64,000 nt of DNA from Candidatus Woesearchaeota archaeon (GCA_018303425.1 JAGVYF010000003.1:5150-69149); one strand, 5' to 3'; numbered from the stretch's first letter, positions 10,703 to 20,732 are shown. Made by a program: numbers and translations. Notes: generated from the letters alone by a model not told the origin.

Positions 10703-11209
10703 TTAATCTTTTTTACCTATTTTTACTTTTACGGGCCTTAAGACCTTATCATTAAGCTTGTAGCCTTTTTGCAGTTCTTCAAGTACAATATTGTCCTTAT
10801 CAGATTTTTCCTGCAATAAAGCTTCATGTAAATATGGATTAAACTCTTTATCTTTGGCATCAATTTTCTTTAAACCGATATCTTCTAATATTTTTACCAT
10901 TTGTTCATGAATCATTGCAATGCCCGCAATAAAATCATCATTTAAGCATTTGTTCTGTAATGCTAAATCAAAATTATCAATAATTGGTAAAAGTTTAAAC
11001 ATTAAGCTTGAATTTGCAAATTTCATAAATTCTTGCTTTTCATTATCAGTGCGTTTTTTGTAATTTTCAAATTCTGCTTGAACTCTTTGTAATGTTAGTA
11101 TCAAATCTTTTTTTTCAAAATCTGATTTTTCCTGTAATTCCTTTAACAGCTTTTGCATATCTTCAACTGGAGTTTTTAGTTCAGCAGGATTATCTTTTTT
11201 TTGTTTCAT
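10703..11209 (-). CDS. grpE: Nucleotide exchange factor GrpE
   Basis: FENYKKRTDNEKQ, LLPIIDNFDLAL and a C-terminal beta domain. The start is trimmed to MKQKKD (ATG 11209). Confidence 0.8.
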   Translation of the reverse strand: MKQKKDNPAELKTPVEDMQKLLKELQEKSDFEKKDLILTLQRVQAEFENYKKRTDNEKQEFMKFANSSLMFKLLPIIDNFDLALQNKCLNDDFIAGIAMIHEQMVKILEDIGLKKIDAKDKEFNPYLHEALLQEKSDKDNIVLEELQKGYKLNDKVLRPVKVKIGKKD

Positions 11210-11321
11210 TTTAAGCACCGTTGTTGAGTTTAGCTCAACTATGTTGAATTGGATATACCGACTTGTATATAAACTTTTCGGCAAAAGTATTTATATTGAT
11301 TCAAGTATATTGATTTTAGCC

Positions 11322-11759
11322 ATGATAATCAAACACGAAGAAATCCATTCCGGACCGCTTATAGAACATAAGATTACTATTATTAGTATGCATAAGCCGA
11401 GGATTGCAGATATTAATCAAGAACTTCAGTGGTTTGGCACATCATTAGGACTATTTAATTTGAGGGATAAAGACAAATCTTGTTTTAGGCTGTTTATTGA
11501 GTTATTAAAAGCCACAAAAATGCAAAATCCAGTTAGCTCAGATGAACTTGCAGTAAGAACTGGTTTAACAAGAGGAACTGTGGTGCATCACTTGAATAAA
11601 TTGATAGACGCAGGGATTATTATCACAACCAGAAATAAATACGTATTAAGAGCAGATACGCTTAAAGGGCTTGTTGAAGAGCTCAAAAAAGACATGGATG
11701 ATTCTTTTGAAAACCTTGTTGAGATAGGGGATATTATAGACAATAAGCTGGGTTTGTAA
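11322..11759 (+). CDS. Winged-helix transcriptional regulator, divergent from the grpE-dnaK-dnaJ operon (candidate heat-shock regulator)
   Basis: wHTH SDELAVRTGLTRGTVVHHLNKLIDAGIIITTRNKYVL. The longer ORF start at 11241 would overlap grpE, so the internal ATG at 11322 is preferred. Confidence 0.45.
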   Translation: MIIKHEEIHSGPLIEHKITIISMHKPRIADINQELQWFGTSLGLFNLRDKDKSCFRLFIELLKATKMQNPVSSDELAVRTGLTRGTVVHHLNKLIDAGIIITTRNKYVLRADTLKGLVEELKKDMDDSFENLVEIGDIIDNKLGL

Positions 11760-11872
11760 AATTAGGGACCATCAACCCACAAACTTTATATACTATTTCT
11801 ACTGTAAATAAATAACTAATCCTAAAATTAGCAAATCCAATTAACAAAATAAAAAATAAAGGTGATATTAAA

Positions 11873-12235
11873 ATGTTTAATAAAAACAACAAAGGTCAAG
11901 GTCTTTCTATTAATACAATCATTCTGGCTGCATTGGCAGTAGTTGTACTGGTTGTGCTCATTGCGATATTTACGGGCAGATTGGGAATGTTTAGTAGTGT
12001 ACTTAGTTCAACTAATGCCGAAAAAACTAAAGATTCTGCATTAAATAGTTGTATTCCTATGGATAAATATTATCAAAATATAGAAATTGCACAAATTGAA
12101 TATAACAAAGATGAAAGTACAAGAGAAAATTTAGACAAAGAGATCCAATTAAAGAATGATGAACTTGCAAAGTGTAAAGGAAATAATATAGTAAATGCTT
12201 GTGCTTCAAGTAAGTGTCAATGGGTAGGTAACTAA
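11873..12235 (+). CDS. Archaeal type IV pilin-like protein with class III signal peptide
   Basis: N-terminus MFNKNNKGQGLS followed by a 22-aa hydrophobic helix, as in a PibD/FlaK-processed prepilin. Cys residues lie in the C-terminal domain. Confidence 0.5.
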   Translation: MFNKNNKGQGLSINTIILAALAVVVLVVLIAIFTGRLGMFSSVLSSTNAEKTKDSALNSCIPMDKYYQNIEIAQIEYNKDESTRENLDKEIQLKNDELAKCKGNNIVNACASSKCQWVGN

Positions 12236-12333
12236 ACTCATTCCTTTTTCTTTTTTATTCTTTCTAATACACTAATTCTGTAATAAAATCGTAAAGCTTA
12301 AATATAAACTTAACTTTACAAGTATAAACTAAA

Positions 12334-12873
12334 ATGGATACATATAAACTTGACTTTACTATACTAGAACTAGAGATATTTACTTATCTAAGTATTAGAA
12401 CCGGAGAAATGTTTAGCCAGAGAGATATTGCAAAAGCGCTTAAAGTATCTCCAACAGCAGTTTCAAATGCGATAAAGAATCTTACAATAAAAGATTTAGT
12501 AAAATTAAACAAAACAAAAACAATCAATTTTATATCATTTAACAGAGATAACCATAAAGCGATTGAGCTTAAAAAAGTTGAAAATCTAAAACAGATTTAT
12601 ATTTCAGGATTTTCGGATTTTTTGGAAGAAAAACTTGCAGGATCCACAATAATATTATTTGGTTCCTACTCTAGAGGGGAAGACACAAAAACATCAGATA
12701 TAGATATAGCCATAATTGGAAGAAAAGAAAAAACGCTTAGTCTAGAAAAGTTTGAAAAAACTCTCAATAGAAAGATAAATTTAAATTTTTATGATTCGTT
12801 AAGGGGGATACACAAACATTTAAAAAATAACATATTAAATGGCATTATAATACATGGTAGTGTTGAACTATAA
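12334..12873 (+). CDS. Minimal nucleotidyltransferase (MNT/MntA-like antitoxin) with N-terminal wHTH
   Basis: GSYSRGEDTKTSDIDIAI is the GS-x-DxD NTase signature. Confidence 0.65.
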   Translation: MDTYKLDFTILELEIFTYLSIRTGEMFSQRDIAKALKVSPTAVSNAIKNLTIKDLVKLNKTKTINFISFNRDNHKAIELKKVENLKQIYISGFSDFLEEKLAGSTIILFGSYSRGEDTKTSDIDIAIIGRKEKTLSLEKFEKTLNRKINLNFYDSLRGIHKHLKNNILNGIIIHGSVEL

Positions 12874-13304
12874 TGGTTATAAAAATATTTAAAGAATACA
12901 TTAATGAAGGAACCATCCGACAAATTTCACCAGATAAGGAAAGAGCACAAGATTTATTTCTCGAATCCGAAAGAAAGTTCAATCTTTTAGAAGAAACCAT
13001 ACAAAAGATGGACATACGTGATGATAATGCAAATGATTATGTTGAATATTGTTACAACATAATAATGTTCTTAATAAGAGCAAAAATGCTGGAAAAAGGT
13101 TATATAAGTTCAGGACAAGGAGCTCATGAAGCAGAAGTAGCTTTTGCAAGAAATTTTAAATTAAATGATTCAGAGGTTCGACTTTTAAACCAACTAAGAT
13201 ATTTCAGGAATGGTATTCTTTACTATGGCAAAAGGTTTGATAAAGAATATGCAGAAAAGATTATTAAATTTACACACAAGATATACCAATTGATTAAAAA
13301 ATAG
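12873..13304 (+). CDS. HEPN-domain protein (HepT-like toxin partner of the MNT)
   Basis: Overlaps the MNT stop by 1 nt. 143 aa, helical. A paralogue downstream shares the LRYFRNG-LYYG block. Confidence 0.5.
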   Translation: MVIKIFKEYINEGTIRQISPDKERAQDLFLESERKFNLLEETIQKMDIRDDNANDYVEYCYNIIMFLIRAKMLEKGYISSGQGAHEAEVAFARNFKLNDSEVRLLNQLRYFRNGILYYGKRFDKEYAEKIIKFTHKIYQLIKK

Positions 13305-13411
13305 TATATTAGTTTCTTTTCTTCGTTCTAAATTTTTTAGGGTTTGAAAGTGTCATATTTCTTAATACTTCAAAAACATATCAACGCAATGTATGTAAAA
13401 AATCAGATGCA

Positions 13412-13530
13412 AAAAGTTAGCTTCACTTCCGTGACGACTAATCGCTTCGCTTATCTAACAAGCTGGCTTGTTTTTTCATTATATATGAATAGCCGAACCG
13501 AAGCTAACTTTTGATAGGCAGACTTTCTAC
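13412..13530. repeat. MITE-like repeat family A, copy 1 (terminal IRs AAAAGTTAGCTTC / GAAGCTAACTTTT)
   Basis: Homologous copy at 39527..39640 and a half copy at 2208..2240. It lies in the convergent intergenic region between HEPN and Fic. Confidence 0.5.
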
Positions 13531-13636
13531 GTACAACGCAATTATCAAACTCACAACTAAACTAAATTAATCGCGATAAATTAAATATAGAATATTTTTA
13601 CCCTTTATTTTACCTAACTAGATATTAAAGGGTAAA

Positions 13637-14665
13637 CTAAAGAAATAAACGCCAATAATTGCTTACAAATTCATTGGCAATAAATTCAACAAGTTCTTTG
13701 TATTTTACAACATCAAAATCATCAATAGTAAGCTTATCTGCTTGATTAAGAGCAGAAAGATATTTTGCTCTTGTTTTTTGGCTTATTATAATTGGAGGAT
13801 AACCATGACTCAAAAATATATAATTCATCAAGATTCTGCCTGTTCTTCCATTTCCATCCATAAAAGGATGAATTTTTTCAAATTTATGATGAAATATTGC
13901 AGCAAGAACAAGTGGGTGTAATTTTGATTTATAATCACTATAACGCTTCAAAAGCATTTTCATATCAGCAAACACATAAGGTGAAGGAGTTGATTCAAAT
14001 TGAGACTTAAATACCCTCACGTCTGTAGTTCTATAACCTATCCTGCTATCAATATTTTTTAAAAGTGACTGATGAATTTCACAAATAAATTCATGATTAA
14101 TATCTTTAGGAAGATTTTCAAAAAGATTCAAAAATACAGTTTCAGTATTTTGCAAATCATATACTTCTCTTAGAGTCTTATCCTTTGGAGTTAAATGTTC
14201 TAAAAATAGTTTTTTTGCCTCACGCAAAGTAATTGTATTTCCTTCTATAGATGCAGTATTAAATGCAAATTCAATAACAAAATTTTTTATTATTTCAGCT
14301 TTAGTCTCTTTATCCAATTTTTCAAAAACACTATGCCAATGGAGCTTGCATGCCTCAATATTTTCCAGCAAATGTTTTGACAGATATGAGTTTGATTTAA
14401 ACTTCATTGACTTTACTTTTTCAATAAACCTGTTTGATTCGATAAATCGGTTTAAAGTTTTATATGCCTTTCTAATATCTGAAGAATATTTCGCAGGCAT
14501 TTTTGAAAGTTTTTCTTTAACTTCATCAATATTTAAACCCAAATAAACAATATCTTTAGTTACGAGACGTTTTCCTTGTTTTAAAGAAGCTCTCAAATAG
14601 TAATAGGATCTTCCCCCTTTAATTTTTACATAAATATATACCATTATATTCAAAAATTTAAACAA
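13637..14665 (-). CDS. Fic/DOC family protein (putative AMPylase)
   Basis: Canonical Fic motif HPFMDGNGRTGRILMNY. Confidence 0.8.
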   Translation of the reverse strand: MFKFLNIMVYIYVKIKGGRSYYYLRASLKQGKRLVTKDIVYLGLNIDEVKEKLSKMPAKYSSDIRKAYKTLNRFIESNRFIEKVKSMKFKSNSYLSKHLLENIEACKLHWHSVFEKLDKETKAEIIKNFVIEFAFNTASIEGNTITLREAKKLFLEHLTPKDKTLREVYDLQNTETVFLNLFENLPKDINHEFICEIHQSLLKNIDSRIGYRTTDVRVFKSQFESTPSPYVFADMKMLLKRYSDYKSKLHPLVLAAIFHHKFEKIHPFMDGNGRTGRILMNYIFLSHGYPPIIISQKTRAKYLSALNQADKLTIDDFDVVKYKELVEFIANEFVSNYWRLFL

Positions 14666-14930
14666 CTATATAAACTTACCCTTTATTTTTCAATATTTTT
14701 ATTTAAAGGGTAAACATCAATTTGATACTAAACTAACTCTATGCAACATGCCAATTTGTACGTGATAGCTAACGTCAATTCGTGAAGTTATCTATCCACA
14801 TTCTATGTAAGCTTAACTTACATTATATTAGAATCATAACAACCCCTGAATTTACATTTCACCGAAAATTATATAAAATTGAGTTAATGTCAGTTAACTA
14901 TGGTAAATATATAAACTCAAGTTAACAGGT

Positions 14931-15446
14931 TTGCAACAAGAAATACTAAGACTTCTATTCATTAAATCGGGCAAGTCCCTAAATCAATTACAAATTGCCC
15001 GTTTTTTAAAAGTCAGCCAACCAGCAATTATGAAATCCTTACCCAAATTAGGACAAGAAGAATATATTAAGTCTTCTCAAGATAAAGAAACTAAAAGATG
15101 GTCAATTGGATTAAACCGAAATAATCCCCAAATTATGCAATTAAAAAAAATTGACAATTTGAGATTAATTTACGAATCAAATCTGGCAGATTATTTAGAA
15201 GAAAAATTTGCTGAAACAACAATTATCTTATTTGGAAGTTACTCAAGAGGAGAAGATATAATCAATTCTGATATTGATATTGCAATAATTGGTAGAAAAG
15301 ATAAATTGATTGACTTATCGAGTTATGAAAACATTTTAGAACGAAAAATCAATATAAATTGTTATGACTCATTGAAAAATATAAATAAACACTTAAAAGA
15401 AAATTTATTCAATGGCATTTTACTTGCAGGCGGGTTTGAGATATGA
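14931..15446 (+). CDS. Minimal nucleotidyltransferase (MNT) with N-terminal wHTH; paralogue of 12334..12873
   Basis: GSYSRGEDIINSDIDIAI. It aligns with the first MNT over its whole length. Confidence 0.65.
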   Translation: MQQEILRLLFIKSGKSLNQLQIARFLKVSQPAIMKSLPKLGQEEYIKSSQDKETKRWSIGLNRNNPQIMQLKKIDNLRLIYESNLADYLEEKFAETTIILFGSYSRGEDIINSDIDIAIIGRKDKLIDLSSYENILERKININCYDSLKNINKHLKENLFNGILLAGGFEI

Positions 15447-15885
15447 AAGCGATACTAAATTTTGGAGAATTTATAAAAGAAAATATTGTTAAAATACAAA
15501 GCGTTGACAGTTCAAGGGCAAATTTTCTCATCCATGAATCTATAAATAGTTATAATAATCTTAAAGAAAAAATTGAAAAAATAAAACTAACAGATAACAA
15601 TGCAAATAATTTCATAAAATCAGGTTACGATATAATTATGGAAATAATTCGAGCAAAATGCTTCTAAAAGGTTATAATGCATCAGGTTTTAGTGCGCATA
15701 AAGCAGAAGTATCATATATGAGACTTCTTAAATTCAATGAAAAAGATGTGCAATTTGCAAATCAGTTAAGATATTTCAGAAACGGAATGTTATATTATGG
15801 GACTAGTTTAGATAAAGAATATGCAAAAGAAGTAATAAAATTTACAAAAAAGGTTTATAATACTCCCAAGATTGACAATCTCTAA
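15443..15885 (+). pseudogene. HEPN-domain gene disrupted by a -1 frameshift in a poly-A run (two ORFs 15443..15667 and 15658..15885)
   Basis: Joined, the two ORFs read IIRAK|MLLKGYNASGFSAHKAEV, collinear with the intact paralogue LIRAKMLEKGYISSGQGAHEAEV. The junction is GCAAAATGC (4 A where 5 are expected). Confidence 0.5.
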
Positions 15886-16058
15886 AACCCATTATCAATT
15901 ATTCTTATTTTATAATACAATTCACAAACCAATAATCTATATTAATAGTCAAAAGCACTAATTTCTATACAAGCTTTTGACTGCGGAATGAACGCCAGTC
16001 ATAAACAGGTAGAAAGACAGCATTATATTCCAATTAAAATTATAGGTGATAGTATAAA

Positions 16059-16730
16059 ATGGGTTTAATTTCAACAGTAAAAACATTATTTGTAGGTAAA
16101 ACCTTATTCTACCCCGGTTGCGTTACAAAATATAAGTTAAAAGAAATCAAAAACAATTATCTTGACATCCTGAATGAATTAGGATATAAAGTAGTAACAT
16201 TGGAAGATGAGTTATGTTGCGGACTGCCGGCATTAAACATGGGCTATAATGAAGACTTTGAAAGGCTAAGGCATGAAAACATTAAACTGTTTGAAAAGCA
16301 CCATATTAAAAATATTATCACAAACTGTCCGGCTTGCGCATCAATGTTCAAAGAAAACTATAACATACCTACGCAACACGTTACTGAAGTCATCCCTGAA
16401 CAAGACATTACTGAAGATAGGGGCGAAGTTTCATACCACGACCCTTGCCATTTGGCCAGAAAATGTAATTCTACTGAACAGCCAAGAAAACTTATCAAAA
16501 GTTTAGGTTTTAAAATAAAAGATAACCTTAACCAGGGCAAAGAAACCAGTTGTTGCGGTACAGGACACATTGACTTTGATAAGCCCTTATGTAAACAAAT
16601 AGCTGAAAAAAGGTTAAAAGATTTCAGTACAAGAAGAATTATCACTACCTGCCCACTTTGTTACAAACACTTGAAAGATGGCGTAGAAGAAAATGAAATT
16701 ATTGAATTAAGTGAAGTGATTATGAAATGA
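16059..16730 (+). CDS. Cysteine-rich CCG-domain Fe-S oxidoreductase subunit (GlcF/HdrB-like)
   Basis: Two CCG-type cysteine clusters (CCGLPALNMGY...NCPAC and CCGTGH...CPLC). Confidence 0.55.
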   Translation: MGLISTVKTLFVGKTLFYPGCVTKYKLKEIKNNYLDILNELGYKVVTLEDELCCGLPALNMGYNEDFERLRHENIKLFEKHHIKNIITNCPACASMFKENYNIPTQHVTEVIPEQDITEDRGEVSYHDPCHLARKCNSTEQPRKLIKSLGFKIKDNLNQGKETSCCGTGHIDFDKPLCKQIAEKRLKDFSTRRIITTCPLCYKHLKDGVEENEIIELSEVIMK

Positions 16731-17878
16731 AACTTATAGAAAAATTGTCTGAAATTGTTGGTGAAAAAAACGTTTCAACAAAATCAGATGATTTAAAAAG
16801 TTACGCAACCGACGCTTCACAATTAGAAGGAATAGCCGAAGCAATCGTCTGGCCAACAGAAATTCAGCAGATTAGACAAATAATCCGTTTAGCTAACATT
16901 AGAAATTTTAACATTGTGCCCAGAGGAGCTGGAACTTCTTTAGAAGGCGGTACAATACCTCAAAATTCAGTAATTCTCGATCTTAATAAACTTGATAAGA
17001 TTAAAACCTTGCACAGAGATGAACATTATGTTGTCGTTGAACCGGGAGTCACTCTAAAAAGATTAAACGAAGTGCTTTCAAATTACAATTTATTTTTCCC
17101 AATTATCCCTAGTTCATTTAAAGTGTGTACTATCGGGGGAATGGTTGCCAATAACAGTTTTGGCAACTACTCTTACCGATTCGGTAGAACAGCCGACTGG
17201 GTAATAGAACTTGAAATACTTGACGGTTCAGGTAAATTAATCACAATAAAAGACCCGGCTAAAATCACCGGTACTGAAGGCGTAATGGCAATTATTACAT
17301 GCATAAAATTAAAGCTTGTCAAACCTTTTAAAACTATATCAAATAACATCTTCACTTTTAACAACGCAAGTGACATGTTAGAAAAAATTAAAGAACTAGA
17401 ATCCGACGATTCAGTATTATCAATGCATTATCAAAGCAAAACATGTTCAATGCTATTAAAAGAACCTGAATCGCATAAATTATTAGTTGAATACAGTTTA
17501 GAACTGAAAGGCGAAGCCGGAACTTTACAAAATCAACGAAATATCTTATTAAAAACATTGCATAAGACAAAGCACCACATTGTAAAAAATGTTCTGATTC
17601 CAAAACCATCTATTCCATTATTTTTAAAATTTATGCGGCAAAACAAGATTGCAGCAACCGGGCACATTTCAAACGGAATTTTCCAATTATATTTTACCAA
17701 CATGCAAAAAAAAAGAGTGCATGAAACAATAGAACACATTAAACATTTGCAGGGCTTACCGTTAAATATTGGCATTTCTAATAAAAACTTTATTTCTGAA
17801 ACAAAAAAAGAAGAAATGTTGAATCTTAAGAAGATTTATGATCCTGCGCATATCTTAAACAGGGGTAAAATAATATGA
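16727..17878 (+). CDS. FAD-linked oxidase (GlcD / D-lactate dehydrogenase family)
   Basis: PCMH-type FAD-binding domain with VPRGAGTSLEGG. Overlaps the upstream gene by 4 nt. Confidence 0.65.
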   Translation: MKLIEKLSEIVGEKNVSTKSDDLKSYATDASQLEGIAEAIVWPTEIQQIRQIIRLANIRNFNIVPRGAGTSLEGGTIPQNSVILDLNKLDKIKTLHRDEHYVVVEPGVTLKRLNEVLSNYNLFFPIIPSSFKVCTIGGMVANNSFGNYSYRFGRTADWVIELEILDGSGKLITIKDPAKITGTEGVMAIITCIKLKLVKPFKTISNNIFTFNNASDMLEKIKELESDDSVLSMHYQSKTCSMLLKEPESHKLLVEYSLELKGEAGTLQNQRNILLKTLHKTKHHIVKNVLIPKPSIPLFLKFMRQNKIAATGHISNGIFQLYFTNMQKKRVHETIEHIKHLQGLPLNIGISNKNFISETKKEEMLNLKKIYDPAHILNRGKII

Positions 17879-18180
17879 GTTTCCAAAAATGCAACACCTG
17901 CGGACTATGCAAAGCAATTTGTCCTGTTTATAACATAACCAAAAACGAAACTAAAAGTCCAAGGTCAAAACTAGTCCTGATTAAAGAAAATTTACTGAGC
18001 GAACAATTTCACGAATGTTTAATGTGCGATTCATGTAAACATGAATGCCCTTCAGAAATTGACATTCCAAAAGAAGTTAAAAAGGTTAGGACTGTTTTAG
18101 TCAATACATTTCAAGAATCTGATGAAGGCAAAGTAATTATGAAAAATCTAAGAGACAAAGGCAATATTTACGGAATTTAA
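17875..18180 (+). CDS. 4Fe-4S ferredoxin-domain protein
   Basis: CNTCGLCKAICP and CLMCDSCKHECP cluster motifs. Overlaps the upstream gene by 4 nt. Confidence 0.5.
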   Translation: MSFQKCNTCGLCKAICPVYNITKNETKSPRSKLVLIKENLLSEQFHECLMCDSCKHECPSEIDIPKEVKKVRTVLVNTFQESDEGKVIMKNLRDKGNIYGI

Positions 18181-18456
18181 CTTATTCTTAAGAAACATTT
18201 ATATACATTAAAATAGATTATTTTAAGATAAAGAGAGGTAATGGAAATTTTAAACTAATTTTCTGACCTCTTAAAAAAAAGGTGATTGCATGGCATTTAC
18301 TATGGAAGAAATAAGTCTGTACATAATTCTGGGAATTTTATTTGCGATAGCTTATAGTTTAAAAAGAATTTTTTTATTAGAAACACAGATTGCAAACATT
18401 GACAAAAATATTCAAAACATGATAAAACCTAAAAAGATAATAAAACCTAAGAAAAG

Positions 18457-19356
18457 ATGAATCTGCAAAAAGTTGTTAAGGATATCAAGACATTAAAAAT
18501 ACAAGGAGCAACTAATATTGCATTAGCTGGCTCAAAAGCTCTTAATTTAGTAGCGCAAAATTCTCAGCAAAAAACTAAAAAAGATTTCCTTAAAGAAATT
18601 AATAATGCCCAATTTTTACTTGTTAACGCAAGAGTAACCGAACCTAAGCTTAAAAATAGTTTAAAATACATTCTTCTAAAACTCAGATCAAGAACAGTAC
18701 CGGAATTAAAAGAACAAATTAAACAAAAAAGTGAATACGTGCTAAAACATTTAACAGAAAGTAAAGATTATATTGGCCATATTGGTTCATTAAAAATTAA
18801 AAATAACATGATAATCTTTACGCATTGCCATTCATCCACTGTTATCAAAATCCTAAAATATGCAAAAACTAAACATAGAAGATTCTATGTCCACAATACT
18901 GAATCCAGACCATTATATCAAGGCAGAATTACTGCAAAAGAACTAGCCAAAGCAAAAATTCCGATTCAACACTATGTTGATTCTGCAGCTATAGAAGCAT
19001 TAAAAAATGCAGATATTATGTTAATTGGAGCAGATGCAATCACGGCAAATGGTGATATCGTGAATAAAATAGGTTCAAGATTATTTGCAGAAACAGCTGA
19101 GCGTTATAATGTTAAGATTTACGCTTGCACAGATTCATGGTCATATGACCCGGAAACAAAACATCACAAAGAAAAAATTGAACAACGTGATCCTTCAGAG
19201 GTATGGAAACACCCCCCTAAACACGTAAAAATTATTAATCCTGCATTTGAAGTCATTCCGGCTAAACTTGTTGATGGAATTATTTCAGAACTAGGCTTTT
19301 ACAAACCAGAACATTTTCTGCATAAAGTAAAAAGAAACTATCCTTGGCTCAGATGA
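18457..19356 (+). CDS. eIF-2B alpha/beta/delta family protein (aIF-2BI / ribose-1,5-bisphosphate or MTR-1-P isomerase-like)
   Basis: GATNIALAG near the N-terminus and ADIMLIGADAITANGDIVNKIGS, characteristic of the IF-2B family. Confidence 0.65.
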   Translation: MNLQKVVKDIKTLKIQGATNIALAGSKALNLVAQNSQQKTKKDFLKEINNAQFLLVNARVTEPKLKNSLKYILLKLRSRTVPELKEQIKQKSEYVLKHLTESKDYIGHIGSLKIKNNMIIFTHCHSSTVIKILKYAKTKHRRFYVHNTESRPLYQGRITAKELAKAKIPIQHYVDSAAIEALKNADIMLIGADAITANGDIVNKIGSRLFAETAERYNVKIYACTDSWSYDPETKHHKEKIEQRDPSEVWKHPPKHVKIINPAFEVIPAKLVDGIISELGFYKPEHFLHKVKRNYPWLR

Positions 19357-19759
19357 GCCGTTGTTGTTTAAATAACCCTATTAACTCATCAAATACTAAC
19401 CCTTTTTGTTTTGCAATTGCAAACGTAGCGCTAAACCCGTTAGGACTTTTATTTAAATCTTCAATATTCAAGAAATACCACTGATCATTATCAAAACGTA
19501 TACCTATCCATGGTTCAACTCCAAACTTTTGAGAAAACTCTTGCAGTTCTAAAATTTCAGTACGCTTAAAATATTTTTTTCTTTCATGAATAGCCTTACA
19601 TTCAATTGCTAATCGGCGTATGCCATTCCCTGCCAAAACATCTGGTGAAGGATAACTCATCGAACCAGAACCTGCAACTCTAACACCTGCCCAGCCTACC
19701 CCCCAAAACATATGAACTAATTCACGTTCAGCGTTCGTACCCTTCTGTTTAACTTTCAC
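19349..19759 (-). CDS. hjc: Holliday junction resolvase Hjc
   Basis: GTNAERELVHMF, VAGSGS and LAIECKA with the catalytic E/K arrangement of archaeal Hjc. 136 aa. Confidence 0.7.
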   Translation of the reverse strand: MKVKQKGTNAERELVHMFWGVGWAGVRVAGSGSMSYPSPDVLAGNGIRRLAIECKAIHERKKYFKRTEILELQEFSQKFGVEPWIGIRFDNDQWYFLNIEDLNKSPNGFSATFAIAKQKGLVFDELIGLFKQQRLI

Positions 19760-19799
19760 AAAAAGAATAATGTATAATAAGTTAAAATAGATTATTGTG

Positions 19800-20732
19800 C
19801 TACAGATTAAGTTTCATATAATCATCCGCGCATATGACATTATCAAAATACATTGCCGCGTCATCTTGCAATGGCAAACTATTTTTATACCTTTGAGAAA
19901 AATGTGTTAACACAAGCTTTTTAACACCCGCTTTATTCGCTAACAGTGCTGCATCTTTAGAAGTCATATGTTTATACTTTTCACCTTTTTCAGCAAGTTC
20001 ACTTGTATATACTGCTTCAGAAATTAAAATATCCGCATCTTTTGCAAGTTTGATTGCGTTAGTACAAAGTGCAGTATCTAAAATACATGAAACTTTTTTA
20101 CCTTCAACAACAAATGTAGCATTTTTTACATTAACCTTTTTACCTTTATAAACGATAGATTTGCCTTCCTGCAATTTCCTTAAGTGCGGCCCATCAAGAA
20201 TATTATTTTTCTTTAAATATTCGGTATTTACTTTTAATTTATTTTTTTCAATAAATGAATAACCTAAACAGGGAATGCCATGATCAAGTAAAGCGCATTC
20301 CAAAATAAAATCTTCATTTTCAAAAAAGGTTTTTATGCTTTGGGGGTTTAACTCAACTATTTTTAAACCAATTTTCACATCAAAATAACACGATTTCAAT
20401 AAATGCGACATATACTTCTTTGTACCATTCGGTCCATAAATTTCAACTACCGACAAATTATCTTCATTACCCAAAGTTTGAATTAATCCAATCAAACCGC
20501 CAATATGATCCCCATGCCAGTGGCTAACTAAAATTTTGGTAATCTTGGTTCTTTTAATGCCAGTAATATTCATTTGTCTCTGCGTCCCTTCACCGCAATC
20601 AAATAAAATTCCCTCAGATTTATAACTAAGAAAAATACCCGATACATTCCTTTCTTTTGTCGGTACCATTGAAGAAGTACCTAAAAATGTTAGTTCCATT
20701 TTATTCGTAATTGGTGAACTTGAGTTCGCCAT
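19800..20732 (-). CDS. rnz: Ribonuclease Z (tRNA 3' endonuclease), metallo-beta-lactamase fold
   Basis: TFLGTSS near the N-terminus and HWHGDHIGGL. An alternative start is MELTFLGT (ATG 20699). Confidence 0.75.
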   Translation of the reverse strand: MANSSSPITNKMELTFLGTSSMVPTKERNVSGIFLSYKSEGILFDCGEGTQRQMNITGIKRTKITKILVSHWHGDHIGGLIGLIQTLGNEDNLSVVEIYGPNGTKKYMSHLLKSCYFDVKIGLKIVELNPQSIKTFFENEDFILECALLDHGIPCLGYSFIEKNKLKVNTEYLKKNNILDGPHLRKLQEGKSIVYKGKKVNVKNATFVVEGKKVSCILDTALCTNAIKLAKDADILISEAVYTSELAEKGEKYKHMTSKDAALLANKAGVKKLVLTHFSQRYKNSLPLQDDAAMYFDNVICADDYMKLNL

